Source of the DNA: Tubiluchus corallicola
Lineage: Eukaryota; Animalia; Priapulida
Assembly (NCBI GenBank): GCA_030141605.1
Contig: JAQGDQ010000096.1
Span: 578,426 to 642,425 of the forward strand
Length of the DNA: 64,000 nucleotides
Reading direction: 5' to 3'
Shown: positions 1-33,227 of the stretch, one piece after another
How positions within the stretch are numbered: the stretch's first letter is position 1
How the letters are laid out: every line of letters begins with the position of its first letter
Program-made: the position numbers and the translations under genes
Notes under the pieces: model-generated
Seen by the model: the letters and a program-made list of their open reading frames with translations, nothing else
Database searches by the model: none
Told to the model about the DNA's origin: nothing

Positions 1-412
1 GCAAAAGAGGTGGTTACTGAAATGTAAAAATGGCTTCAAAAAAAACATTTTAGAGCATTGTATACTCTAATACTACAATTGTAGAAATTTGACGTGTAAC
101 CTGTCCAACTTCTGAAACTTAGCAATGTAAATGGCAACAAAATCAGCAAAATCAGCATCTGTTGGGAATACATGACTATCTATGATCGTACAAACTCATT
201 TACCAAAAATTTAGTTCTTGGTAAACACCAAATTTACCATTTATCAAAACACTATTTCTTGGCTATAAATTACCAACCTTCTTTGAACAAGGGTTTAGAC
301 TATACAGTAAAGCTAAAATTAATTAGGATTAATTCCTTCAGCATAGGGTGACAAGCTTCTGTCAAAGGATGGACTATTAGGACTCTGAGAATGGAACTAG
401 TCAGAAGCATTA

Positions 413-828
413 AGCCTTTCAAGGGGTTCGCGACTTTGGCGACTATTCGAAAATTTCTAAGTGCAACAGTTGTTAAACATGCGCAAAAAATTCGTCAAAC
501 TGTTGTAAACCATTTGTGAGTGTTTGCCAATGTCGATGGCATCGGAAATTCTCTTAATATGTTTAAAGTTTGACGCTGGAGTCACACAACTCACTGCATA
601 GCCAATGCTCCGTCAAACTGTTGTAAAGTTGGCGTAACATGTGCCAGACATTCACTGCAAAAACATAGCAAAAAATGTTGCATAGCATTAATGAAGTCGC
701 CAAATATGTGCAAACATGTTGTGCGACATTCTCGAGATTTTTGCTAAAGAAAAAAGCTCGAAGTTCACAAAAATATCGAGAAAGACTTGATTTGCGAGAA
801 AACAAAATCCCCCCTTAAACCCGGGCTT
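413..828. mobile_element. Possible non-autonomous PIF/Harbinger-like MITE in a SURF2 intron
   Basis: Imperfect inverted ends (ttaAGCCTTTCAAGGGG ... CCCCTTAAACCCGGGCTtaa). The interior is more CpG-rich than the flanks and repeats CGTCAAACTGTTGTAAA. Confidence 0.4.
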
Positions 829-1004
829 AATAACTTTGTGTATATTAACCAGACTCTGAAAATAGAACTATGGATAGTGCACAAATTCCATGAAATCCAC
901 CTAGCAATGAATGATATTATAAAGACAGTTAATTCTACTAAGAGATTCCTGCATAGCATCACTGCCTGATAATTTAAAAAAGTCGTACAAACAACGAAAC
1001 TTAC

Positions 1005-1477
1005 TCGTGCCACTTTTTGGTACTAGATACAAGATGTGGTTTATACTGGTCATAATTGAATATCTTAGTCTGTTTCAATCGATTGAATTTTTTACCATTA
1101 ACGTGTGCAAGTACTGCATCCAGCCGACAAGGCATCTCATGACCACTTAACAGACAAACAATCTGAAAATAAAAGTCAAACAAATAACCCTAATCTGTAG
1201 ATGAAAATTTTAGTATAATGTCTAGCCTATTTTCGCGAGAATACAAGAAGGCAATGTATCTAAAGTAAAGCAAAGTTGAAGTTATAATAATTACGATTTT
1301 ACACATTCAGATATGCAAGTGACTTAATAGTGTTTTTTTTAGTTGAGAATTATACAATGCTGCCATATGTCTTACTTTAGGTTTATCATCGGTCAACTGA
1401 AACTCGAGAAACCCCTCATTTTTCAGAAGTTCTTTTAATTTTTCGTCAGAAACATGCACATTTACGGAGGCTGACAT
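1005..1477 (-). CDS. SURF2: Surfeit locus protein 2, first two coding exons (1477-1376, 1162-1005); the rest of the gene probably lies left of the window
   Basis: The GT/AG-spliced translation MSASVNVHVSDEKLKELLKNEGFLEFQLTDDKPK|IVCLLSGHEMPCRLDAVLAHVNGKKFNRL...FNYDQYKPHLVSSTKKWHE matches the SURF2 N-terminus (KVRCILTGHELPCRL...GKKYQRL...FDY..FEPHIVPSTK). The phase-0 junction is consistent. Confidence 0.88.
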
Positions 1478-2722
1478 CTTGAATTGTCGCTTTGGCTGCT
1501 CCGCCTGGTGGCCGTTGATAATGACAACAAACTCTACGAATGAATGGAAGATTACAGATAAATTTTGCAATAACTTTTTAATAAAGATGTTTGTAAAACT
1601 TTGCTATAGTTTAATAATTACAGGGTTTTCGTGTGGACAATGTCGATTAGTAACTGTAACGAAAATGTAGTTGATTCAACTTGAGTATAATTCATTTTCT
1701 TCTCGTTTCTTTTCAAATTTGGTAATGGTAATGTTGCGTAATGCCTAATAGTAATGTTACGAAAGTCACTAACATAAAGCGTGTTTAATGAGTGCTTGAC
1801 TAAGTTTTTTTTCAATTTTGTATTTAATAGTTATTTCACATGTAATTAAGTAAATTGTTTTTTAAAATGTATATTGTATCACAGAATATGCTTCTGAAGA
1901 GAAGAAACGTTAAAACTTGAATCCTGTGTGTAAACTTGTGCTGTAATGTAATTAATGAATCAACAAGGAGAAATAGGTCTTTATTTGCAGGATACTTTCA
2001 AAATCAAAATGGCAATGTGAAGACTGTATTGGTCCTTGGAATTTTTGTAATAGGATGCTTGATAAAATTATGTAAGAATTTGCTGAGCCTTCCATTTTCT
2101 CTTACAAAGTACACATTGTCCGAAGTACTACAGTTTTTCACTAGCACTGCTGTCAGTTTTCTTGTGACCTACAGATGTGATATCAGCCTATCGTTTTAAG
2201 TAAGTAAAGCTTAATTATAAATAATCTTATCTACTGTACGTCATACATATGCAATATGTAATATTACGTTGTGGCACTATGACAATGTATATGTGTAATG
2301 TCATTTCATTATATTATAAATGTGCTTATGAGCTCTTACTGAAATTTATTCCAATATAAAATTAAAAGTTTGTGGTGGTTTGCCAATTAAAATTTTGAAA
2401 TCAAAGACCATAGTTTTATTTGTATAATTTATATAGTAATATTTTAATAGGTACATGTGGCAAATTCGTGTAAGAGGCTTGTAGAGTACAAATAAATAAA
2501 TAGACAAATAGATTGATAAGTGGTCAGATAATTATTTAATTGTATTATGAATATGATAAGTAAACATTTCATCTTTCTAGGACAATATATCATATATCTC
2601 GTTTGAAACAGCTTTTCCTTAATTGAACACGTGATAATTTTAATGTTCAATATTGACACTTTAATGTTGTTTTCTTTTTACAGGTATTTAGTGTACCATT
2701 TTTTGTAATACTCTTTCACTTC

Positions 2723-22029
<19,307 letters not shown>

Positions 22030-23304
22030 AGGTTCTGACATCCAAGTTAATGTATTTGATTTGTGTATTACAAAACATATGCATAATATTAATTGATATA
22101 AATAATCTGTTTATTTTATTATTCCATCACTGAATTCCACAAAACATTTGCTAGGGTGAGATGTGTGATAGAAACTTTTCAGTTTGTGTTAATGTTGGTG
22201 TGTCCACTGTAAAACAATGCCACATTGTCACTACCAGTTACCAAAGTTAAACCTAATTATGACTATGTGACTTACTGCAAGTTACAATATAAATCAATTA
22301 TTCTGACTTTCCAAAATGATTGATTGTTACCTGGCAGTATAAAGTAAAACAATTGTCATTAACATATTCTAACGTATTTTCTATTTTCTCTTTAATTTTT
22401 TTCTAACTCTCAAATTTACAATATAAACCTTGTGAAAATGTAATTTAATGATGAATTCAAACCCTATGTAACTATAAAGCTTTGGAACATAATAAATTAT
22501 TCATTACTCATCGTGCTATTTAAGTAAATAGTACCGTATTTTGATTTATTTCTATTTACTTGGTATTACATAACAAACAAGTAAATTCTTGTTGCATATG
22601 CATTCTATTTTTATCGACACAAATGATTAGGAAATTCTGATAACGCACATTCATGTAACTCTTCCACTACCTCTGTTGGAAGGTGATACTCCTTTTAGCA
22701 TCTTAATATGATCTTTCACAAACTTCACAATCTTCCAAGTAGTTGTACAACTACCACTTATGTAGATATCATGTTCAGGTAACAAGAATACCATTAAACT
22801 CTTTACTTTTATCTTTTGAGGAAGGCACTGTTTGTGATCAAAGTTGTCCTTGCTCTCCTCCTAGACATTCTTCAAACTCATAGAATCATGGTTTAATGGA
22901 AATCCAGCTGTTGCAATACTTTGTTGACTTTCTTCACAGTTTTCTTACCACTAAGGGCACCGCAAGAAAGCTCTGTTAGTCAAATAAGGTTGTAGGGAAG
23001 TCTATGGGTATTAACGACAGCTGCAGGTCGGAACCTCCTTCATTCATTTCGGAAATGTTAGGTGGACGGACACTGCCATGTTTTCAGTAAGTTTCTCTGG
23101 CAAATCAATAACTCTTCTGTTGTTATTCATGCTTTCATAATTATAATGGAGCAGTTAGCTGTTTTCATCATGCACTTCAACTGAGGCATGATCACCATTT
23201 TCCTCTTTCCTTGTTTTTATCGCCTATTTTGAAAACACCAATTTGATAAACTTGATACATTTACTTTTTGACTTGAAATTCAGCTGCTCTATTTATATAC
23301 ATTG

Positions 23305-26300
23305 TCATCCAAGTTCATTACCTTCATTGCGATCTTTAGTTATGTTGTCTCCAAGCACCTCACTTTCATCAGCTGAATCTTCATTGTCGTCATGTTCGCT
23401 ATTACCCACTGAGTCACTTTGTTCTTTATCATTGCCTTCACTGTCACTGTTATTACTAGAGGCATCACTGTAAGAGTCATTGTCACTGCTGTTTTGAATG
23501 TCTCTATACACAGGCCGGTTTGGATTATAATATTCTAGCTCTGCGACATCGTCGTCCTTTCTCTCTACAACGTAAGAAGGAAATTTAAGTGTGGCACTAA
23601 TGCTCTTTTAAGGAAATTTTGTACTAGCTACGCAGAACTTGCGCAATAAACGATACATAAAATATTAAAAGTTTGGGAACAAGCAGATCTACATTCCATG
23701 GTACTATCTAAAAATACAATTTAAAGGGTGTACAAGTACATGCAAATCATGTAAGTAAACATTTTGCAGTAAACAAGGTAAAACTAGTTTTAAACATAAT
23801 AGTCTTGCCAGTCTAGCCAAGCATGTCTGGAGTTCAATTTTCGCAAATACTCAGCTGTTTGGTACTGCCTCTCTACACATAGTAAGTATTAGTACTTAAG
23901 TAGAGTATTAGAACATAAGTATCAAAATACAAAAAAGGTTTCAGTAGCTGTGTTGGAGTGCTCTAAGCTCTTCAAATGACTAAACACTGTAGTAACTGCT
24001 CGTAATTCTGTAAACTCCTCTAAGGTGACATTTTTTGGCAAGCAGTGGATGCTTAGGAGCTAATTACTACCTTCTTTTCTGTTGCTCTAAACATCTCTAG
24101 GCATTGAGCCTCTATCCTTTGTTAGAGCATCCAACTGTTTCCTGTCCGTAGTAAAAATTTTCAACTCTTGTGATGTTATTGTTAAGTTTGGTCTCAGCTG
24201 TTGTGAATCCTTTTTAATTCTTCACATCCAAGTTGTTTTTCGTTTGCCTGGAGACAATTTAGCAGCTTTCAGTGCCTCGTTTAAATGTCAATCTCACTGG
24301 TGTTGTTTCTGGTAATCTCACTAAATGTCCTACCCATCTTAACCTGACTCTGATTTTAGTGATCCTAAGTGCCTCTTTGTTCTACAACTGCTCATTTGAA
24401 ATGTTATACATTCCGCTAAACAGAAAGTGCAGTATTTTCTTTGAGTGCACGAAATATTGTATAGGGCAAGAAGTGGTAAAACCAAGATGATTTTACACAT
24501 ACCTCTTCTTGCTTTGTATTCTGCTTCGCACTGCTCAAGGTGTGCAGTCTGCACATGTACGACCTCCTCGCCTGTCTTGCAAGCAGCATACTTATCTAGA
24601 ATATCCCTGTTCAAGTCATAAAATCCCAGACCCCACTTGAATTTCCTCAAGATGATTTCGCCCAGGTGCTTATATCCTAGTAAAGAAAAAAGGTAGAATT
24701 TAATTGCTAATAAACAATTAAGTAGACGGATAGTATCACAAACAGTGTAGCAGAGAATATTAACCATTTTTAGCTAGCTTTTTATTTTGAAGCCACTGTG
24801 CATAAGTGATATAATCATTTACATGTACACCTGTCCAACTATCTCCTGGCACTAACTAAGCACTTCTAACTGGCAAAGATGGTTACCCAAAACAACTTTT
24901 ACCTTTCTGTTTTCCCCTCCCAACCCCTGCCTAACATTTCTGATTTGCTTTCAGTCTAATTGACTTGGCAATTCGTTTTGTATAAGTTATGGGTCCCTAT
25001 TAGACATCTCGTAAGTTTGATGAAAACTCTAGAAAGTCAGACATATTTGTTGAAGTAAACTTGCCCTGTGTTCTTCATACTGGTTGTCTCCAGAACAGGT
25101 GCCGTGACGGTGACAACACCTGTCCGTTTACCTGCTGAATCCACGAAGTTCTATGACTGGTATGCAAACTGACACGCAATGGCTTCATAGTGGATCGAAC
25201 CATCACAATATAGGGGTAAGCGGTGAAAATAAATGGTGTTACACCGTCATTTTTGGTTCTTATTCTTTCACGTGGAGATAAATTATGGCAAACACATTTC
25301 CTACTATGCCATATCATAGCATTTCCTCTCAACTGCCAGTACGAGATAACACGTAGCTGGTACATGGCTTCATAAATGCGAGTTTGCACTTAAATCATGC
25401 CGTCTCATGGCAGTACAACAGCTCTTCAACTAACTACCAGCGAAGCTTTTAGTGGCATTAGCAGGTTGCTAAGCTTTTCTGTGAGTTGTATAGCATCATT
25501 TCATCAACTACATGTATACTCGTAGTAATAGTGGTTGTAGCATCACCTAGTATGAGTATACTTGTAGTTGGCAGTCAATGTGCTAATTACGGGTTTTTTC
25601 ATTAACTGTTTGTCATAAAGGAGAAAGGCAGAAGCATTACAGATTAGCACCAGCATTTTATTTAGTGCCACAAAACTTAAATTTAAAATATAATCCCTCG
25701 TATTATAATCCTAGGAAATAAATAATTTTATGACTCACCAGTAATGTAATATGCAGCAGCAAATGCCTCCACACATGACAGTTCACAGGGTTTCCCATAG
25801 TTGACTGGATTGCAAGCTACTAGATACGGCAGCAGTCGCAAATGCTGCGCCTTCATTTGAGAAAACGGTGTGTCTTCAAGACGTGCCCAGGAACAATCAA
25901 CTACGGCGAGTCCGTTCTGTGTAACAACATCCCTAAACATTCAAGTATAGAATCAAAACCAAATTCACACATTTCCCAGGGTGCAAAAGTGTAGTCGAAA
26001 TAGTATTTCAATAACAGTTCATATTATCAGTGAACACATGTTGCACTCTACTTATACGAGCTGTTAAAAAACTGTGCATCAAAGGGAATAGCTCAGCTGT
26101 CACCGTATGCATTTAGCTGGAAAAATTGAGCAAGACAGGCCTGGTTAGCAGCAGGTCACTTATATTAATATCATAAAGGAAAACAGGACCATTTTTCGTA
26201 CCTTATCTCATTTTTAAGTATGACAAAGAGTATACATTTCAAGGCCTATAATAATGTCAAAAAGTTTCTTGTAATTTAATACCTGGTTAAAAATTTAATT

Positions 26301-26929
26301 AACTTCAGAAAAGCCCAGCTAGTGATGATGCCACAACAGAACACACATTCCACTAGCGTGTTGCACAGGCTTGCAAAAGCGAAAATTAAGGTACAGTACA
26401 ACGTACAACATTCAGTTGTGATCTGCAAGAACTCAGCAAACTTTAAGTACAAAATTCAAATTTCAAGTTCATTGCTGGGCTCATGCGTGAGCTCTCGAAT
26501 GTGTGCACTATGTCACAAGTGAACAACTCTAAACTGAGACGTACAGCATCTGTTTTTGTCCAATAGATTTACGAGATGTAGATACTAGTGCCCATCTAAC
26601 TTGTAAATAGCAAAATGCATATAAACGCAAATAAATAGCCAGGCGAACATACTTATCGCCATTCTGTGGCAATGTTATTTCATGTAAGTCATTCTTGAAA
26701 AAAATAGTATGTTTCCTTTCAACACTTTATTGGTATATTATTTTGAGTTACAGTTTAAGATGGAAACTTGGTGAAGTTGTTGGCTATCTTGATAACAAGC
26801 TAGGTTTTGTCTTCCTGCATTTAAATAACAAGCTCTACCATGGAGTTCTTAATATGGGCATGGAGTACCAAACTCTGTAAAATGGCTAAAGCCTTTATTG
26901 TTGTCTCTTTGACAAGAATAAAAATGTGG

Positions 26930-26978
<49 letters not shown>

Positions 26979-28649
26979 AAACATTCTGTAAAAAGTTACT
27001 GCTAGTAATTTTGAAAGTGAATTATAAAATCCATCTAGGAATACAATTTCCTTATTTCAAATTTATAATTTCGGCATGCAAAATTAAAATACTAAAATGA
27101 AGGTTTTGTTTGTGTGCCCTGACACTATGATTGCTTCAGTATTATGCTATGTACTTTATCATTTAATAAATACACAGGTAAATGGGTAGACTACAGAAAA
27201 TTAGTAACAGTTTCTTAGCATGTAAAAATCCGGTAGTAATGAGTCTATATAAAAAATATGGAATATTTTCACTTGTTGCTCTGTTTACCAGTACAATTTG
27301 TTTCAACAGTCTCGTACCTGTCTGCAGGAGAAATGCAATGAGTCGCTACAGGTGTCAGTACAATGCCATTAAAGCGCTGATTTAGTTTCAGTACTGTTAC
27401 GTAATGAAGCCTAGATAGTTTGCGACCGGTACATTTGCGAGGATCACAGTGTTGAAGGTCCCACATGGCGAGACGACTCGGAAACAACGCACGTCTCTTT
27501 TCCTCGTCGGTGAGTGCACACGCTTCATCAGCTAAAAACACAGTTAAAAGGTTAAAAATAAGATAGTGCTCTTCTGAGATTTGCAATCTATTTTGTCTAT
27601 TTTAAATTGCAATTTTTTAGATTGTGGAATACTGTCTTAACTTTGGGATAACATTGTAAATTCTAAATGCTTTTATTCTCATTTTGTATACAGTAACTTC
27701 AGTATTTCAAGTGTCGTTTTTAGTCGTTCTAAATATGATTTATATGTTGTGGCTTTTTATGCTGAAATAAAGAGTAATCAATCAGTCAGTCAGCACTAGG
27801 CCTATGTCTTAAAAACATCAGGTCTCAGAAACAATTGAATTTGGCAACATAGGGGAATTACTGATTTACATTTGAAAGGAAAAGTTTTAACAAATATACT
27901 CAGAAGTGCATACTTTGCTGCTTATCTGTCTGGCCTATCCAGTAAATAATCTATAGCACAGATCAGCAATAAGCTTTGGTATTTATTAGCCCTAATCATT
28001 ATTATTAACCTTAGCAGTGCAAATTTAGTTAATAAAATGCACTTTTTGTTTATGAACGTTAATACATTATTAGTCCATTTTTAGCATACTACTGATGATC
28101 TAGCCTAATGTGACAATAGCGTCTTAAATGTTTCTAATGTAATGAACACAAGTTAAAGCAATCTGGCGTTCAAAATAACTTCATGTAATTAAAATGTGTT
28201 TAATTACCATCTCCATGTACTTACAGGATAAGACGCAGAACTAGGTTGCAATACCGAACTTTACTAATTTCATTAAACTTCAAATACGAGTTATGAACTC
28301 TTGCTTATTAAACCATAACTCTGTAAGATAATGCTTTTTGTACTTCTGAGCCAAATATGGCAGAGATTTCTGACAGTGGAAAAGGAATGTTATTTTTATG
28401 CCCCATACAATGCCTCATTACAAGTACATGTATTATATACAGGATTGCAATAGCTACGACTATGATCATTTCATTACCCTCATTTCTTTGTGCATTGCCA
28501 TCAGCGGGAAATGGATCATCGGTCCAACGCCATGAGCTGCCTTCTTCCAGCTGCAGTTTTTCTTTAACTCTGCCACCTTTCTGCTTGTGCGTTTTCTTCG
28601 AATTACCTGCTGCCTGTAAATGACGTTTTCTGTGGCCACTTTTACCCAT
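23305..28649 (-). CDS. TSR3: 18S rRNA aminocarboxypropyltransferase. Exons: 28649-28478, 27531-27318, 25932-25739, 24676-24503, 23564-23305; an alternative final splice 23323 to 23223 is possible
   Basis: Diagnostic motifs [63 protein letters not shown] and [16 protein letters not shown], plus an acidic Ser/Asp-rich C-terminus. Introns are GT-AG and in phase. Confidence 0.96.
24100..24345 (-). mobile_element. RTE-like LINE 3' relic in TSR3 intron 4
   Basis: The minus strand reads [18 protein letters not shown]...PGKRKTTW, a typical non-LTR RT C-terminal motif, and is interrupted by stops. Confidence 0.55.
26935..26974 (+). repeat. (TA)n microsatellite
   Basis: Directly visible. Confidence 0.95.
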
Positions 28650-29045
28650 GGTAACTTTCCTGCAATTATTAAAACATTCTTACACATCCTACAAAGTTTA
28701 TGTAATAATGTAAGAGTACTAACGTAAAATTCTACACTACTTTACATTATATACTAATGTAAAATACAGTCACACAGCAGTTCCTGTGATTTTTACATGT
28801 ACTAAACAGAGTGGCTATCAAAATTTTATTGAAGAGAAGGTAGAAGAATGGCCCAGATAGTAACGGCATTTATCTTCGTGACCACGGCACATTGGAAGAA
28901 CAGGAGGCACGGCATGCCGGTTGCTCCAATAATAATTATTGATCACAAAAATTTTGATTAGGGCTGTCATGTTTACATGTTACTGATTTTTGCGAACTGT
29001 AAATGGCTTCCCTTCAGCTTACTTCTAAAATGATAGCACAGTGGT
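28650..29045. promoter_or_regulatory. Putative bidirectional promoter between TSR3 and GNPTG
   Basis: Locally CpG-richer patch with repeated ACGGCA (28863-28915). A splice acceptor lies 10 nt upstream of the TSR3 ATG, and a + strand donor (GTG|GTAAGG) lies at 29044. Confidence 0.45.
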
Positions 29046-30206
29046 AAGGGGTCATCCACATATAGCAATATTAAGTTTTGGCTGATTTCGAGGAATTCTC
29101 TATCTAGCATTATAATAGCATTAATATATGCCCAACCACCTACCTGCCCCTTATATTGATATCGATATCACACCGATGTAGCTTTTTGTACATTTTGTTC
29201 TTCCTCCTCTCACAAAGGCAGGCAAAATGGCTGTGCCCTTGTAGTGACGTGTGCTGCTGGCAAAAAAGGGTGAGTTCAGATTACGATATCTTGACAAAAT
29301 CACCTACCTACCTTTCGTTAACATGGCATTATCACATCTCCTGTAACCTACCTATTCTAAATTTGATATCGTTATATGTGGATGGCTCCAGACAATAATA
29401 ATGTTATGACTGTATAAAGTGCACTTGCTGCTGCTGGCGTACACTTGTTGGTTCAATTTGCTTGTAACTTAAACTGATAAGATAAGTCATGTCCAGGCTC
29501 CTGTTATTCTACTCCAAGGCTGTAGCTGTACCTATAGCTAATCATTCAATTACGCTGAATGATATAACAAATACATTTCTGCGAAACACTTAGCAACTGC
29601 AAGAACACCTTGATGTTATATTCAAATCCGGTAGATGGCCCTTCCTGACGAAAATCCTGGCTTGGCAACAGAAAAAAACCGAAGCAAAATGACTGCTTCC
29701 CTGAGCTACTATCGGAGTTTGAGTTCAAGTTTTTCACAATTGCAATACTAGTTTCTAGTTAGAGAAGTGATACGGGGTTATAAAATTAGATTTTTAGTAC
29801 ATTTTGAACATTTTCTTGCTAATTTGATGTGATAATAAAAAAGTCCAATATATTTAGCATTAAATTTTGTTTTTTAAAAAACAAAAAATTGGCATTTGAC
29901 CAAATTTTTGGTGTATTCTACTTTAAAGCATCATAACATAATTTTAATTATGCAGACTTATGGATGGTTTTAGTTTACGAGCACACACATAACAGGGAGT
30001 GTAGAATGTGGTCTTGCAGATATATAATGGAAGTTAAGTTTATATGAAAGAACTGAAATGCAATTACAATGGGAAGATTTGTTATGTCCTAAGTGCAGGA
30101 TTCAGGAAGATACAACAGGACATGTATTAAGTTGCAAGAATTTGAATGAATAATAAATAAGTTTAATGTAGGGATAGAGACTTAAAACAATAGAAATAAA
30201 TACTCT

Positions 30207-31860
30207 TCAATGATTAATAAGAGCATTTAGAGAAATTATGGAATCAAGAGATAATATTATAGCTGTCACAAAGGAAATATAATAAATGGGAAGGGTTTGT
30301 AGGGGCACAGTCTGGGACTGCACCTCTTGAACTAATTCCTTTATAGTTTTAGTCATATCTTGTACAGTGTCACTCAATTGATTGGTTACATTGGCCGCAT
30401 TTTCACATATTGTGTCTATCTCCGTCAGTTCTGGGAGCGGCAATTGGGTTCTAACTGTTTTACAAATATCTTCTGCTGCCTGATCACATTGAGCAGTTTC
30501 AATAGGCGCTTCTAAATTCTCTGGTGGGTGTCGAATGAAATGTTTATGAATAGTATCAGAGACTAATCTGGGACAAAAATGTCTGAGTAAAGTCTCTTGA
30601 ACATAAAGTTGATCAATTTCTCTCTGAGAATATGCCATATGAGTCAACCTATTTAACATGTCTGCAAAACTCGCTACAAAAATTCTTTCATGGGTGCCAC
30701 CAGAGGTTAAAAAATTTGATGCACAAGCAGCTAGGGGGTCTTGGGGAGCGTTGTAAGCTCCCCCAGCGGGGTTCAAGACCAATGCATTTTCTTGTATTTA
30801 AGCACAATTTGGAGGTCTCAAATGAGATCTAAATTCTGGTACATAGATTTCCTCAAACGTGCAAAATTCTGCTTTAATAAATATATTTTACCTACATTTA
30901 CCTAGATAATATTCATTGTATTCTATTGTAGTAATCATATATCTTAAAAGCAAGTTCGTAATACAGTGCAATGCGGATAACCCATTACTTAAGCTTAATC
31001 TATTTAGTGCCAAGATTATCTACCCAGCAAAATGTGGATAGTCAAACATAAAACTGATTTGAGACTGTTAAGTTTACAGACCATCCACTGTTCATACAAA
31101 ATTTATTAAGTTTGCGTGAGTGCTAATTTTTTCCACTGGACACAACTAAATGCAATTTTCCTGCGTTTTAGACCATTTTGTGGTTGCTAGTCTAAGCTAT
31201 TTTCTCAGGCAAGTTCACCTCAAACTCGTGACTCATAATTTCACTACTGCCACGAAAGGGGGGCCCAAGCAGAAGTGCAGTTACAGTTGGTTAAAAACTG
31301 TCTACTAAACAACTGAGTAGACAATATACTAGACAATTGAGACAATACTGGACAGTGCCTAGACAACGGAAATCGATTGGAGAATCGACACTACGTAAGT
31401 GATATACATAAGCATATACGTGCGTCCAGCTGTGCTTTCCTTTGTGGTAATTTTGACAGCCCAATGTGTGCTAAATTCGTGTCTGTCAATGAAGCATATC
31501 GTTTTTTGAGTGTTGCTAGTACTTGCAACCAAGTCTGTTGGTGCATTTCATCTTTTTTGCTGTTAAGAAAACGCGCGGCTTCCCCTGTAACTGATTTGAA
31601 CAATAATCTTAGAGTTGCATCAGTGTCTGTGGCAGACACATCTAAGTTTACGACTCGCTCTAGTTCGTCAATGTACTTTTTAAAGTCTTCAGACGTGGCT
31701 CCCTTGCCTAAAAATTTTGGTGTGCCTTTTAACTGTTAAGTGACATTAAATGAGTTACCCAAGCTAGTATTAATTTGGACGCCCAAATTTTGAGTTTGAT
31801 CAACTCTTCCATTCTGGTCTTGCACACTTAGGTCATACTAATCTTGGAAAAGGTGAAGAG
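30207..31860 (-). mobile_element. Degenerate LTR-retrotransposon gag-like fragments interrupted by other repeats
   Basis: TPKFLGKG..EDFKKYIDELERVV...LFKSVTGEAARFL...TWLQVLATLKKRY (31740-31390) and VASFADMLNRLTHMAY...LLRHF...PENLEAPIETA (30700-30300) resemble retrotransposon capsid domains. A GGGGTC..GGGAGCGTTGTAAGCTCCCCCAGCGGGG MITE-type motif lies at 30734-30772. Confidence 0.5.
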
Positions 31861-33227
31861 GACCCAGTGAACCGCTGACTGCAAAGCAGTAAAATTAACG
31901 ATTATCACCATGTAATACATACTTAGAAAGAAAATTATCAAAAATTATGAATACACTGAATACACACGACAACGGGCGCAGACATGTCTTTAAACGAGTG
32001 TTAGTTGATATTTTAAACTTTGCAACGCATTTCAGACATCACCATAACTACAGTATTGCTGAATTCGTCTACCTCCATGATGTTTTCACACCACATAGTG
32101 TACATGCACTTCGCCCTTTTTTCCTTCTGGTGCCTATTTCATTGCTATCTCACAGTCATTTGCACCTTTCCTCAAATCACACCAAATCAAACTTTTTTTA
32201 AAATCGGGTTTTACATAAACATAAAAAACACTGGCTTCTAGGAGTTATTAAGCAGACTCATATAACAAAACTAATGTACAGGAATAAAATAGTGCTTAAG
32301 TGGTAAAAATACTTTACAATTATACATCTAAATAAAATTCTTTGGATCCTAGAGGACAGTTTTTCTTGTTTCTTACTCCATTTCAACTTTCATTCACAAC
32401 TCCTCCCACACCTATGTATATATTATCATTATCTCACTATATGCATCAAAATTATTGTGCAATGTAATTTGCACGTGTATATGTTAGCTGCTAAAGACTA
32501 TTTTTTGTATTTTCTGTACTATTATTGCATTTGTATTTATATTTACTTTAATGGATAATTATCTGAATTTCAATGATAATTGTAAGATGCAGTGCGGAAT
32601 GCATGAAGTCTTGAACTCTTTGTTTACAAAAGAAATGGTGTGGGATATTATTTACTCTTGCTATTATTCCTAATGTTAATAATATGTTGACTTATTCATT
32701 TTATAAAAAAATATTGAAAGATAAAGATTAATGATTCTATGACACACGTTTTGATTTGATTTCCTTAAGAGCATAGTTACGGAAAAGATTTATTCCATCA
32801 CACGGTGCGTCAGCAATCTAAGAAAGTTATTGTTGTTGCTGACGCTACAAGCGGCAGAAGCAATGTGGAATGGGAATTATTAGATTTTATATGTGCAAAT
32901 ATCGTACAGAAAATGTTGTTTAAACTTAAATACATATTGTTGTGTTTTACGATTAGCGTATTCTATGGTAATACCTACATAAGTATAGAATATTCGTTAT
33001 AATTTGTAATAGCAAATAATTATCAATAACCTTATTATAGTTATACAAATTACAATTACAAACCTTGTCCTCTAGTCTGGTATTATCCTGACTGTCTATA
33101 AATATTATTGAATACACTTAATGTTAACCAAAAATTTTTTCCAAAATTTTTAAATAGCAGCCATTTCCCGACATTTTTAAGTAGTGTGCCTGATACTGCA
33201 TTACCACTGTACGGTACCAGTCCTTAA

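Noticed and set aside
30207-30782. Novel 191-aa host gene
   Set aside because: The ORF is chimeric: its N-terminus comes from a MITE-type motif and the rest is gag-like, with no splice structure.
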